Source: Candidatus Binatia bacterium
GTDB taxonomy: Bacteria > Desulfobacterota > Binatia > Bin18
DNA length: 64,000 nucleotides
Assembly (NCBI GenBank): GCA_963664395.2
Contig: OY761159.2
Coordinates: forward strand, 64,001 to 128,000
Reading direction: 5' to 3'
Shown: positions 51,941 to 62,029 of the stretch, piece after piece
Numbering within the stretch: position 1 is the first letter of the stretch
Layout: every line of letters begins with the position of its first letter
Made by a program: the position numbers and the translations under genes
Notes under the pieces: generated by a model
The model's input: the letters and a program-made list of their open reading frames with translations, nothing else
The model's database searches: none
Told to the model about the DNA's origin: nothing

Positions 51941-52555
51941 GTGACGACCCGACTCTCGAACGCTGAACGCTCTCACCGGACCCGGCGCGCCCTGCTTGAC
52001 GTGGGTCGGGCGTTGTTTGCCGACGTGGGCTATGCCCGCACCACGACGGAAGAGCTTGTCCGGCGGGCGGGCGTGACCCGCGGGGCGTTGTACTATCACT
52101 TTCCCGACAAAACCGCGCTCTTCGAAGCCGTGTTTGAGGAAGTCCACCAGGAATGCCTCCAAGCGATGAGCACAGGCATGGAGACGGCTGAGGGCGACCC
52201 GTGGGAACGGTTTATGGCGAGTCTGCGGGTGTTGATTGCACAGCTTGGACGCCCGGACGTCCAGCGTATTGTCGTTGATGGTCCGGCGATCCGGGGTTGG
52301 TCCAGCACACGACAGGGGCCGCTGGGTCCGCAGAGCCTGCGTGCCGTTTGTGAGCAGTTGGTCGCCGAGGGGGTGATTACACCCCTGCCACTCGATCCCC
52401 TGTGCCGCCTGGTGTGGACGGCCTGCTCCGAGGCGGCGCTCCACATTGCCCAGCCCGAGACGAGCGGTGGGGACCAGCAGGAAATGATCGCCACGCTGAT
52501 GTGTCTGCTCGGCAGACTGCGGTGCAAGCAGGAGGCTGGGGACAGGCAGGAGTGA
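51941..52555 (+). CDS. TetR/AcrR family regulator
   Basis: TRRALL..GRALFA..GYA.TTTEELVRRAGVTRGALYYHF.DK.ALF. GTG start after GGAGGG. Confidence 0.92.
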   Translation: MTTRLSNAERSHRTRRALLDVGRALFADVGYARTTTEELVRRAGVTRGALYYHFPDKTALFEAVFEEVHQECLQAMSTGMETAEGDPWERFMASLRVLIAQLGRPDVQRIVVDGPAIRGWSSTRQGPLGPQSLRAVCEQLVAEGVITPLPLDPLCRLVWTACSEAALHIAQPETSGGDQQEMIATLMCLLGRLRCKQEAGDRQE

Positions 52556-52705
52556 CGCACATGGGCCGGTGGGGGTCGCGTATGCCTAGCCTCTCTCTCC
52601 GAGAGAAGCGGCGACGAGAATTTTGGTAGGGCTCTCGCAAGTCGAATAGATTCGAAGGTGGCGAAGAGGGTCAGCGTATTTCGGGGTGGGAATCTCATTC
52701 ATCTC

Positions 52706-52819
52706 CGTATCACCTGGGAGGGGCAGGAATTCATCGACAGCACCCGAAATGAAGATGTTTGGAAACGCGCAAAAGAGCAGTGCGGTGGACGTTCGGGCTT
52801 ACGCAGTCTCGACGAGTAA
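52706..52819 (+). pseudogene. DUF2513-like C-terminal remnant
   Basis: RITWEGQEFIDSTRNEDVWKRAKE resembles the LTW.G.EFLD..R...VW..K motif; no start found. Confidence 0.45.
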
Positions 52820-53665
52820 GGGTGGCCGCGCAGTTTGAAAGCCGGCGGCATTCCGATGTCCGCCTCCGCCATAGTGCTTGGCGACCGCACTGACATCGAA
52901 GTCTCCCACCGAGCGGAGACTCCACTCCCGGCGGTCCTCGGCAGTATCCCGATAGCTGGCACTGAACGCCGCCGCGGGAAACATCTCGCATAATCGATGC
53001 CCCAGGTCGGAGGTATTCCCGGTGGCATTGACGACGGGGACCCGGTAGCCACCCAGCTCCATCCACATCACTGCGGCCAGCAATTCCTCTACGTCGTGGG
53101 CTTGTTTGCGCAGAATCGCCTCGCCGTCCGCAAGAAGCTGCGGCAGGGCATCCGCCGCGGCTAATTTTTCCGCCCAGACGCTAAAATCGTACGGATAGCT
53201 TCGGATGGCCGCATTGATCGCCTGACTGCCCGGCAAGGCATGCTGCCACAGGTCCCGATCTTTAATATAGCGCAGGAGTTGCGGGCAATCCATCTCGGGA
53301 TGAAAATACTGCCAGGCCAGGGTCGCGCCCGACTCATCCATGTCAAAAAGGGCAAAAAGACCTGACTGTGCCTGGTCAGGATCAAACCGAGGAGGTTGCT
53401 CCCGGATATCCGCAAGCGCGGCCTGCGCCGATTTATGATGATCCAGGATGGTAATGTGGGCAACGCTCTGCCTCAGTTGCGCGAGTTGTTCTGCCGGATA
53501 GGCAAAATCAACCATGAAGAGGCGCGCACAGTTCGGGAGGGGCGGCGGCGGCACACCGTGACGAACCGGCACATAGGTCGCCGTCTCGCCCAGTCGATTC
53601 CAGGCGGCCCAGGCTGCCCCAAAGCCGTCCGGACAATGGGCGTGGTAGAGAACATAGTCGCGCAT
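52799..53665 (-). CDS. DHH/DHHA1 phosphoesterase
   Basis: YH..C.DG..AA, DF, ILDHHKS, ESGA.L.W, DRDLW, SLRS, GGGGHRNAAGF. Confidence 0.9.
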   Translation of the reverse strand: MRDYVLYHAHCPDGFGAAWAAWNRLGETATYVPVRHGVPPPPLPNCARLFMVDFAYPAEQLAQLRQSVAHITILDHHKSAQAALADIREQPPRFDPDQAQSGLFALFDMDESGATLAWQYFHPEMDCPQLLRYIKDRDLWQHALPGSQAINAAIRSYPYDFSVWAEKLAAADALPQLLADGEAILRKQAHDVEELLAAVMWMELGGYRVPVVNATGNTSDLGHRLCEMFPAAAFSASYRDTAEDRREWSLRSVGDFDVSAVAKHYGGGGHRNAAGFQTARPPLLVETA

Positions 53666-53930
53666 CAGCTACTCCCGCATCATATTTGGGCGATATTGAC
53701 TATCCTGACGATATTGCACAAGCGTATAATTAGTATAGCAGTTCGGGCGACAGGCAGACGCCCGTTATTAGAATGCCCGAATACTTCTCTTTTTGATACC
53801 GGCCCAGACTCAGCGGCCCAGGGTATTTCTCTGGCCAATCCGAACAGGTATGTAGTACAATTCCATTCCGTCAGGACTCGGAACGGGCGGAAGAGCAGGC
53901 AGTACGATAAGCAAGAAGATTGAAATCCTT

Positions 53931-55982
53931 ATGCAACCTGGATCCATAGTTATTTACCGTGAACGTGGGCACCTCGCGCTGGGCGTTGTCCAAAAAGTAA
54001 GCACACTAGGAAAAGGCAGTCTGGAGCTGCTTGGAGAAAATGACAAAAAACTCTCCTTATCGAGGGATCGTATTTTCTTTGACTGTCGGTCGACGTTTCC
54101 ACTCGACCAGTCTCCCCTAGACCGCAAAAGACGCCTCACAGAGCTACGGGATCAAATACAGCATTACGCTCAAACTACCGATCTCAAAGAGCTGTGGGAA
54201 CTGTTGGAAGCGGACCATACGGCTGTCTTCACCTGGCAGGAATTAGCCGAATTTGTTGTTTCTGCTGATGAGCCGTTCGCCATGGCCGGTGTCCTCGATG
54301 CACTCTGGAACCAGTCTTTGTATTTTAAGGAAAAACAAGCCGGCTCTTTTTCTCCACGAGACGTGCAGGGTGTGGAAGAGTGTCTGCTTCAGCAGCAACG
54401 AGAATACGAAAAGGACCGGGAACAGCAAGTCTTCCTCACCTGGGTCGAAGCGCAGCTGCAAGGACAGCCCGCCGGTGAGCCACCTCCAGGCCATAAACAA
54501 TTTCTCTCACTGATTCAGGGCCTTGCTTTATACGGCGAGGGATATGACAAACGACTCCAAGCCCTTCAATTATTGAATGTCATTGGCTTTCAAGGCAAAG
54601 GACAGCCCTGGTATGTTGCGTTTCAGTTGCTCGTTCAGCTCGGAATCTGGCAGCCGGACGAAGAACTCTGCCTGCTGCGCTATCATATTCCGACCCAGTT
54701 TTCTGAGGAAGCACTCCAAGCGGCTCACGACCTGCCAACCTTTTCGCTGGAGACGGCAGACAGCAGCGAGCAAGACCAGCTGGAAGACCTGACCGCTTTA
54801 GAGACGCTGACGATCGATGACGCCGATACTGACGAGATCGACGACGCGCTCAGCCTGACCGAGCAGGACGGGCAGGTACTCATCGGTATCCATATTGCCG
54901 ATGCTGGCTATTATGTTCGCCCACACAGCATTCTCGACAAATCCGCATTGGCACGCGGGACGACCATTTATCTGCCGAGCGGCAAGTTCCCCATGCTGCC
55001 GCCCGTCATTAGCGAAGATAAAGCCAGTCTCGTTGCGCAGGCGGAGAGACCGGCGCTCAGCTTTTTTGTGCGTATTGATGATACGGGGCAACTCCAGCCC
55101 GAACGCATTACACGCAGTATCGTTCGGGTGTCACATCGCCTGTCCTATACTGAAGCAGACGCAGCCTTAGCCGCAGGCAGTACAGCATCCTATCGCTCGA
55201 CCCTACAGCGCCTCGCCCAACTCGCCCGGAAACGGAAAGAGCAACGGATCGCCCAAGGGGCCATTCTGATTGACGGAGACGAGGTCAAGGTCAAAGTCAG
55301 AGATGGAAGCATTACAACGACCTTGCTCAGCAATGACTCACCGTCTCGTGGTCTGGTGAGTGAATGTATGATCATGGCCAATGAAACAGCGGCCCGCTAT
55401 TGCCACGCCAACAACCTCCCCGCACTCTATATCGGCCAGCCGCCTCCGGATGAAACGATTCCGGTCCGATCCGATTTACCCACACGGCAAACCCATGTCC
55501 ATGCTGCCAGACGCTTGATGGCCCCGTCCCAGCTCGGCACCCTGCCAGAGGCGCATACCGCCTTAGGGCTCCCCTTGTATACCCAGGCAACCTCCCCACT
55601 CCGGCGTTATACCGATCTCCAGATGCATCACCAGATCAAGCATCATCTTACGCATGGCAGCCCCTTGTTTCAGGAAAGCCAACTCCAAGTCGTTGCGGCC
55701 AGTGCCCAGGCCGCGATTGGAGATGCCCGCCGCTGCGAGCGCGAGAGCACGCGATTTTGGTTACTGCGTTTACTTGAGGGGCAGCAAGGAGAGGTCGTCA
55801 GCGGTCAAGTCGTGCGCGCCCAGCACCGCCGACTCTTTGTCGAGTTGGACGAGACGCTGCTGTTCGTCCCCATTAACAATGCGCCGCCCTTACCCCTCGG
55901 AACGCCAGTCCGAGTCAGCCTCAACCACGTCGATGCCCGACGCGACACGCTGAGCGTGAAGCTCGTTGAGAGCGAGGAGTAA
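53931..55982 (+). CDS. RNB-domain exoribonuclease (RNase II/R family)
   Basis: TIDDADTDEIDDALS, IHIAD, RGTTIYLP, ECMIMAN, YTQATSPLRRYTDL. Confidence 0.92.
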   Translation: MQPGSIVIYRERGHLALGVVQKVSTLGKGSLELLGENDKKLSLSRDRIFFDCRSTFPLDQSPLDRKRRLTELRDQIQHYAQTTDLKELWELLEADHTAVFTWQELAEFVVSADEPFAMAGVLDALWNQSLYFKEKQAGSFSPRDVQGVEECLLQQQREYEKDREQQVFLTWVEAQLQGQPAGEPPPGHKQFLSLIQGLALYGEGYDKRLQALQLLNVIGFQGKGQPWYVAFQLLVQLGIWQPDEELCLLRYHIPTQFSEEALQAAHDLPTFSLETADSSEQDQLEDLTALETLTIDDADTDEIDDALSLTEQDGQVLIGIHIADAGYYVRPHSILDKSALARGTTIYLPSGKFPMLPPVISEDKASLVAQAERPALSFFVRIDDTGQLQPERITRSIVRVSHRLSYTEADAALAAGSTASYRSTLQRLAQLARKRKEQRIAQGAILIDGDEVKVKVRDGSITTTLLSNDSPSRGLVSECMIMANETAARYCHANNLPALYIGQPPPDETIPVRSDLPTRQTHVHAARRLMAPSQLGTLPEAHTALGLPLYTQATSPLRRYTDLQMHHQIKHHLTHGSPLFQESQLQVVAASAQAAIGDARRCERESTRFWLLRLLEGQQGEVVSGQVVRAQHRRLFVELDETLLFVPINNAPPLPLGTPVRVSLNHVDARRDTLSVKLVESEE

Positions 55983-56041
55983 TACCCTCGTCCGGTTTTA
56001 CGTCCTACCGGACGACCAGTCCCAGGCAGCTGCGGGCAGTA

Positions 56042-56854
56042 TCACCACATGACCACGCCGCCGTCGATATTGAGGGACTGGCCGGTAATATACGACGCCT
56101 CAGGCGTACACAGATAAGCCAGAAATTTGCCAATCTCCGTATCGGAACCGGGCCGATTCAGGGGGATCAACTGCTGAACCGTTTTGTTCCAGGTTTCATC
56201 ACGTCCGAGATCGTCCATACGCGAGGTATCAATGATGCCCGGACAGACCGCGTTGACCCGAATATTATGCGTGGCCAATTCCATGGCCAGGGCTTGGGTA
56301 AAACCCTGAATGCCGAAGTTCGACGTACAGTAGGCCACCATATTCGGGTTGCCCTTTTTGCCCGCAATGGACGAGACATTCAGGATACTTCCCCCCTGGC
56401 CTTGCTGAATCATGGTCGGCACCACAGCCTGACTCATCAAAAAACTACCGGTGAGCTTAATGTCGAGGACCTTACGCCACACGTCTTCGGGGAGTTCGGT
56501 CAGGGGCACCCGGTCCGGCCCACGTGCAAAAGCGGAATTGTTGATCAGGATATCAATCCGGCCGAATTCCTTGAGCGTTGCGTCCACGCTGTCTTGTACC
56601 GCCGCACTGTCGGTGATATTGGCAACCACAGGTAAGCAGCGCCTCCCAACGTCCCGAACCTGCTCGGCAGTACTCTCAATATCCCGCCAGCCAGCGGCCT
56701 TTTCATCTTCCGGATAATATTGGGGATCGCGCCCGGTTCCAGTGACAACAACGTCAGCTCCAAGTTTAGCCAGCGCCAGCGCGGCAGCGCGGCCGATACC
56801 GCGTAAGCGCCCTGCCCCGGTTATAATCGCTACTTTTCCATCAAGGCTGCCCAT
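56042..56854 (-). CDS. short-chain dehydrogenase/reductase
   Basis: TGAGRLRGIG, LINNSA, YCTSN (K of YxxxK replaced by N), VNAVCPG. Start set at ATG 56854. Confidence 0.9.
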   Translation of the reverse strand: MGSLDGKVAIITGAGRLRGIGRAAALALAKLGADVVVTGTGRDPQYYPEDEKAAGWRDIESTAEQVRDVGRRCLPVVANITDSAAVQDSVDATLKEFGRIDILINNSAFARGPDRVPLTELPEDVWRKVLDIKLTGSFLMSQAVVPTMIQQGQGGSILNVSSIAGKKGNPNMVAYCTSNFGIQGFTQALAMELATHNIRVNAVCPGIIDTSRMDDLGRDETWNKTVQQLIPLNRPGSDTEIGKFLAYLCTPEASYITGQSLNIDGGVVMW

Positions 56855-56879
56855 CGTTCTCTCCCCGGTCAGCGGTACG

Positions 56880-57620
56880 CTACGCACCAAGCGCTTCGGC
56901 AAACAGTTTTTTCACTCTATCCCAGGCGTCAGTCGCCGCGGCCTCATTATACGACCCGCGCTGGTTACAGAAAAACCCGTGATCGGCGTCAGGATAGACA
57001 ACCACTTCATGCCGAATGGCGTTGGATTCAAGGGCGGCCCGGATCGTATCCACATCGGTCATAGGGATGTGGGCATCCTTGCCGCCGAACAGACACAGCA
57101 TGCGGCCCTCAATGTGCCCGGTCCGGCCGACGGTTGACGGCTGGCCGCCAAAGCCTTGCGCCCCGGCAATCCCGCCGCCGTAGAAGCTGGCTGCTGCGAC
57201 CACATCGGTTTCACACGCCGCTAAATAGGTCATGTGCCCGCCAACACAAAATCCCATGGCACCAATTTTGTTGCCAATCACAAAGTTCTTTCGTTTGAGA
57301 AAAGAGACGGCCGCCAGCGCATCAGCCGCCATTTCATCTGCGTTGAGCTGGTTCAGGAGCTTAATGCCCTCTTCCATACCTGTTTCGTCATACCCGTACT
57401 CCACCCCAGGACCGGTACGATGAAAGAAGTCCGGCGCAAGCGCGACATAGCCCTCTTTTGCTATCCGTTCGGTGACATCCTGAATATGGGAATTTACGCC
57501 AAAAATTTCCATAAAGACGAGCACTGCCGGACGGGGCGTCGTGTCAGCCGGCCGGACCATATAGCCGCCCATAGTCTGCGCGTCAATATTGATATGAACG
57601 CGCTCAGTCGTAATCTCCAT
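56880..57620 (-). CDS. dienelactone hydrolase family protein
   Basis: EIFGVN, GY.ALAPD, GFCVGG, YP.ADHGF.C..R. Confidence 0.93.
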   Translation of the reverse strand: MEITTERVHINIDAQTMGGYMVRPADTTPRPAVLVFMEIFGVNSHIQDVTERIAKEGYVALAPDFFHRTGPGVEYGYDETGMEEGIKLLNQLNADEMAADALAAVSFLKRKNFVIGNKIGAMGFCVGGHMTYLAACETDVVAAASFYGGGIAGAQGFGGQPSTVGRTGHIEGRMLCLFGGKDAHIPMTDVDTIRAALESNAIRHEVVVYPDADHGFFCNQRGSYNEAAATDAWDRVKKLFAEALGA

Positions 57621-57785
57621 CAGATTCTCCTTATGCACTGTCCTATTTTCAGGCGTGACCTTACTACGAGCATGTACCAGCAGCAATGGTCGCCTCCGTT
57701 TTTCTCACATACCCGTACACCCTCGTCAAGGCGCTGGGGGTGTGATACAGCGGGGCGGTGGTCATCACATTATAAGGAGGGCGCT

Positions 57786-58583
57786 ATGCCGCATGTTCAT
57801 CGAGATGGAGTGAATATTTATTACGAAAGCTATGGATCAGGAACGCCGATTGTTTTTCTCCATCCTTTTTCGACTAATGGCTATATTTGGTATTTTCAGA
57901 CCTTTTCGTTTGCACAGAATTATCAATGCATCAGCGTCGATCACCGTGGACATGGGCGTTCGGACAAGCCCGAGTCCGGCTATGCCATTGCAGAGATGGC
58001 GGCTGATGTCGCAGCCATTCTTGATGCAACCGGCAACGAGAAGGCGGTCCTGGTCGGCAATTCGATTGGCGGCATGATTGCCATGCAGTTCAACCTCGAC
58101 TTTCCGGATCGAGTCCTGGGCACGGCCATCGTCAGCAGCGGAACCAACCTCGCAGCCGGCATGCCACCTGAAGCCATGCACGCCTTTCAGCAGGACCTCA
58201 ACGGCGCGTTCGGTGGACTGATGGAAGGGGCAGTCTCGGCGAAGACCAAGCAGGACAAGCCGGAAATTTTAGACCTGATAAAAGCCAGTTTCGCGGTTGA
58301 TGACAATTTCACCGAGCAGGTTTTCTTTGCCAACGCGGCCGACCCCAACGGGGTCTTTAACTGGAATATTTCGGATCAACTCAAGAACATTACAAAGCCG
58401 ACCATCATTTTTGCCGGTGAAGAAGATCACGCCACACCAGTCGAAGCCAACCAGTTCCTGGCTGATAATATTCCCAATGCCCGCATCAAAATCCTTAAAG
58501 ACGTTGGCCACTTTTACCAATTGGAAAAACCGGCGGATTTCAACGCGGACTTAGCTCAGTTCTTGAAACAGGTCGTTGCGTGA
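57786..58583 (+). CDS. alpha/beta hydrolase
   Basis: DHRGHGRS, GNSIGG nucleophile elbow, GEED, GH. Start set at ATG 57786 after an AAGGAGG RBS. Confidence 0.9.
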   Translation: MPHVHRDGVNIYYESYGSGTPIVFLHPFSTNGYIWYFQTFSFAQNYQCISVDHRGHGRSDKPESGYAIAEMAADVAAILDATGNEKAVLVGNSIGGMIAMQFNLDFPDRVLGTAIVSSGTNLAAGMPPEAMHAFQQDLNGAFGGLMEGAVSAKTKQDKPEILDLIKASFAVDDNFTEQVFFANAADPNGVFNWNISDQLKNITKPTIIFAGEEDHATPVEANQFLADNIPNARIKILKDVGHFYQLEKPADFNADLAQFLKQVVA

Positions 58584-58625
58584 CGCGCAGTTCCGGCTCG
58601 TTTCTTCATTGATGAGAGTTGAAAC

Positions 58626-60428
58626 ATGAGCGATGCTTCACTGGCCGGCATGGTTCTTGACCGGGCCGCGCGGTACGGCTCAAAGCGCGTTTTCATGCGC
58701 AAACGCGGCAGCTCTTGGGAAGACGTTTCCTGGCAACAGTTCGGCGATCAAATTGTTCGCGCCGCCCAGGGGCTGGCGGCCATAGGCTTTCAGCCGGGCG
58801 ACCGGCTGGCCATCCTGGCCGACAATCGACCCGAATGGCCGCTGATTGATCTGGCCTGTCTCTATCTCGGGGGCGTCGATGTTCCGCTGTATTTGACCAG
58901 CCCTCCAACTGATCTGGCCTATATCCTGAAAGACGCCGGCGTGACTTTCCTCGCCCTCGCGGGCGATGATCAACGCAAGAAAATTGAGCAGATAGCCTCA
59001 GACGTTCCCAGCCTGACACAGGTCATTCATCTCGACTCCGAGTCCACCCCAGACGCCGGACAGCTCGCCCACCTTCCCGCGCTCAGCCTGCAAGAACTCC
59101 TCGTGCAAGGCGAAAAAACGGCTGGCGCCACACAGCCAGTCCCCCATCCCGACCTGGCCACCATCATCTATACCTCAGGCACCACTGGCCAGCCCAAAGG
59201 GGTCATGCTGACCCACGCGAATATGCTGGCGAACGCCGAGGACGCCAGCGCCATCCTGCCGATTGCCGAAGACGACCTGAGCCTGTCCTTTCTGCCCCTG
59301 TCGCATGGCTTCGAGCGGACCGGCGGGCTCTACACGATATTGCGGGCCGGCGGCAGCATCGCCTACGGTGGCGGAATCGCCAGCCTGACCGATGACCTGC
59401 GCCAAGTCCGACCGACCATGCTGGGCTGCGTGCCGCGTGTGCTGGAGCGGGTCTACCAGCACGTGCTGGGCGAAAAAGAGAGTGCGTCCTTGGTGAAGCA
59501 GAAAATTCTCGGCTGGGTGCTGGACGTCGGACGAGCAGCCGGCCGGGTGCGCACGGCCGACACAACGCACGAAACGGCCCTGCCGTTTCCGCTCAGGCTG
59601 CAACATCACGTGGCCGACCGGCTCGTGTTCCGCAAGCTGCGTCAGGCACTCGGCGGGCAGATCCGCTTCCTGGTGTCCGGAGGCGCTCCGCTCAACGCGG
59701 ACTTGGCCTGCTTCTTTCACGGCGCCGGCATACCCGTCTATGAGGGTTACGGCCTGACCGAGGCCGGGCCGGTTGTCACCTGCAATGCACCGGGCCGCAG
59801 CCGGGTCGGCAGCGTCGGCCCTGCCCTGCCCCAGGTATCCGTGCGCATCGCCGCTGACGGAGAGGTGTGCGTACGCGGCCCAAACGTCATGCGCGGCTAT
59901 TACAACCGGCCGGACGACACGGCCGAGGCGCTGGATGCCCAGGGCTGGCTGCACACCGGCGACATCGGAGAGGTCGACGCGCAGGGCTTTCTGACCATCA
60001 CCGACCGCAAGAAAAACCTGCTCATCACCTCGCAGGGCGAGAACGTTGCCCCGCAGTCCATTGAAGGCTGCTTTCGCCAGGAGCCACTGATTGAAGAGGC
60101 CTGTCTGATCGGAGACCAGCGCCCCTATCTGACCGTGCTGCTGGTGCCCGACCGCGAGTTCGTGGAGATCACGGCACGCAAGCACGGGCTCAGCGGAGAG
60201 TGGCCGGGCCTGCTGGACCATCCCACCATCCGGGCACTGTTTGAGCAGTGTTTCGAGACCGTGAACAGCAGCCTGCCGCGGCATGCCCAGCCCCGCAAGT
60301 TCGCACTGCTCCCCGAGCCGTTCTCGCAGGAGCGCAATGAGCTGACTCCAACCCTCAAGGTCAAACGACGTACAGTGCTGCAAACGCGGCAGGCCGAGAT
60401 TGACGGCCTGTACCCGGACCAGCAGTGA
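58626..60428 (+). CDS. long-chain fatty acid-CoA ligase
   Basis: IIYTSGTTGQPKG, FLPLSH.FE, SGGAPL, EGYGLTE, LHTGDIG, ELTPTLK. Confidence 0.94.
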   Translation: MSDASLAGMVLDRAARYGSKRVFMRKRGSSWEDVSWQQFGDQIVRAAQGLAAIGFQPGDRLAILADNRPEWPLIDLACLYLGGVDVPLYLTSPPTDLAYILKDAGVTFLALAGDDQRKKIEQIASDVPSLTQVIHLDSESTPDAGQLAHLPALSLQELLVQGEKTAGATQPVPHPDLATIIYTSGTTGQPKGVMLTHANMLANAEDASAILPIAEDDLSLSFLPLSHGFERTGGLYTILRAGGSIAYGGGIASLTDDLRQVRPTMLGCVPRVLERVYQHVLGEKESASLVKQKILGWVLDVGRAAGRVRTADTTHETALPFPLRLQHHVADRLVFRKLRQALGGQIRFLVSGGAPLNADLACFFHGAGIPVYEGYGLTEAGPVVTCNAPGRSRVGSVGPALPQVSVRIAADGEVCVRGPNVMRGYYNRPDDTAEALDAQGWLHTGDIGEVDAQGFLTITDRKKNLLITSQGENVAPQSIEGCFRQEPLIEEACLIGDQRPYLTVLLVPDREFVEITARKHGLSGEWPGLLDHPTIRALFEQCFETVNSSLPRHAQPRKFALLPEPFSQERNELTPTLKVKRRTVLQTRQAEIDGLYPDQQ

Positions 60429-60444
60429 CGTTCCGCACCGTCTC

Positions 60445-61974
60445 ATGAGCCTGGAAACAGTTGACGACATTGAGGTACTGCTGGACGTTTTTCCGCCAGC
60501 GCTGCGCCAGGCCGTGTTGCAGGAAAGCACCCTGCACGACTTGCTGGAAGTCATTCTCGACCTGGGCCGCCCGCCCGAGGCGCGTTATGTCGCCAAGACC
60601 ACCGACCTGGCCTCCGAGCCGGTCGCTGCCGAGACCATCGCCTTCGTGGTGGAACGCATCGGAGCGTTCAGCCACGATAACCGGGCCGGCATTCCGCGCA
60701 CCCTGCACCGCATCTCCGCGCTGCGCAACCGCACGGGCGGCATCATTGGGCTGACCTGCCGGGTCGGCCGGGCCGTGTTCGGGACGCTCGATATCGTTCA
60801 GGACTTGGTCCACCAGCCGGACAAGAGCATCCTGCTCTTAGGCCCACCAGGGGTTGGCAAAACCACGTTGCTGCGCGAGGCGGCCCGCGTGTTAGCCGAC
60901 GAGGACGGCAAACGGGTCGTTATCGTGGATACCTCAAACGAAATTGCCGGCGACGGAGATATTCCCCACTCTGCTATTGGGCGCGCCCGTCGGATGCAGG
61001 TGCCCTCACCGGACCGTCAGCACCGGGTGATGATCGAAGCGGTCGAAAATCACATGCCCGAAGTCATTGTGGTGGATGAGATAGGGACAGAAGCTGAGGC
61101 CGAGGCTGCCCGAACGATTGCCGAGCGCGGAGTCCGGCTTATTGCCACGGCCCATGGTGGAACGCTGGAGAATTTAGTCCTCAATCCCACCCTGTCGGAC
61201 CTCCTTGGTGGCGTGCAGTCGGTGACCCTGGGCGATGACGAAGCCCGTCGCCGCCGGACCCAAAAGACCGTTCAGGAACGGAAAGCGCCGCCAACATTCG
61301 ACGTGCTGATTGAAATCCATGCTCGGCACCGCTTTGCCGTACATCCTGACGTGGCAGCCGCGGTTGACGGCTTGTTACGGGGCTGGAGTTCCAGCCTGGA
61401 GATACGTACCCGCCAGGAAGACGGCAGCATTACAACCGAACAACTGACGGATACGGATTCCTCTGTCCAGAGCAATACCGCAGCCCACACGCAGAGTACG
61501 CACCACACACAAGCGCGTCAAGTATTACGGATTTATCCCTATGGCATTAATCGACAGCGTCTTGAACACGCCATCCACGATCTGGATGTCCCCGCTCGCG
61601 TTGTCACCCAACCGACATATGCAGATGTCATTCTCACGGTCAGGGGCCAGACCAAACGGCAGCCAAAAGCGCTCCGTTTGCTGGTAGAACGCGGAATGCC
61701 GCTCTCCGCCTTACGGAGTGACACGGCATCTCAAATGGGGAAATTTCTACGCGATCATCTCAGCGAGGAATTTCCCGAGGACCGGGCCGCACTGGCCGAA
61801 GCAGAAGCAGGCGTGCAACGGGTGATTGCCCAAAACGAGCAGTGTGAGCTTTCTCCGCAACGCGCCCGGCTGCGCCGCCTGCAGCATCAATTGGTGAAGA
61901 GCTATGGCTTGATTTCACACAGCGAAGGGGAAGAGCCGTTTCGGCGGCTTATTGTCTATCCGGTCGGGCGCTGA
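60445..61974 (+). CDS. Ycf45/SpoIIIAA-like AAA ATPase with R3H domain
   Basis: GLTCRVGRA, GPPGVGKTT, DTSNEIAGDGD, AVENHMPE.IVVDE, C-terminal RRLQHQL..Y.L.S.S.G.EP.R. Confidence 0.9.
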   Translation: MSLETVDDIEVLLDVFPPALRQAVLQESTLHDLLEVILDLGRPPEARYVAKTTDLASEPVAAETIAFVVERIGAFSHDNRAGIPRTLHRISALRNRTGGIIGLTCRVGRAVFGTLDIVQDLVHQPDKSILLLGPPGVGKTTLLREAARVLADEDGKRVVIVDTSNEIAGDGDIPHSAIGRARRMQVPSPDRQHRVMIEAVENHMPEVIVVDEIGTEAEAEAARTIAERGVRLIATAHGGTLENLVLNPTLSDLLGGVQSVTLGDDEARRRRTQKTVQERKAPPTFDVLIEIHARHRFAVHPDVAAAVDGLLRGWSSSLEIRTRQEDGSITTEQLTDTDSSVQSNTAAHTQSTHHTQARQVLRIYPYGINRQRLEHAIHDLDVPARVVTQPTYADVILTVRGQTKRQPKALRLLVERGMPLSALRSDTASQMGKFLRDHLSEEFPEDRAALAEAEAGVQRVIAQNEQCELSPQRARLRRLQHQLVKSYGLISHSEGEEPFRRLIVYPVGR

Positions 61975-61977
61975 AAC

Positions 61978-61998
61978 GGGCGACCTGTCCGTCGCCCC
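61978..61998. repeat. REP-like hairpin between convergent genes
   Basis: gggcgac-ctgtcc-gtcgccc. Confidence 0.45.
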
Positions 61999-62029
61999 TC
62001 CAAACCTTGGTCTATCCACTGGTCACCGG

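Noticed and set aside
57234-57785. Long N-terminal extension of the alpha/beta hydrolase
   Set aside because: It overlaps the divergent dienelactone hydrolase; a strong RBS supports ATG 57786.
59175-60554. 459-aa antisense ORF (similarly 24557-25525 and 5755-6594)
   Set aside because: Shadow ORFs opposite well-supported GC-rich genes, with no motifs.
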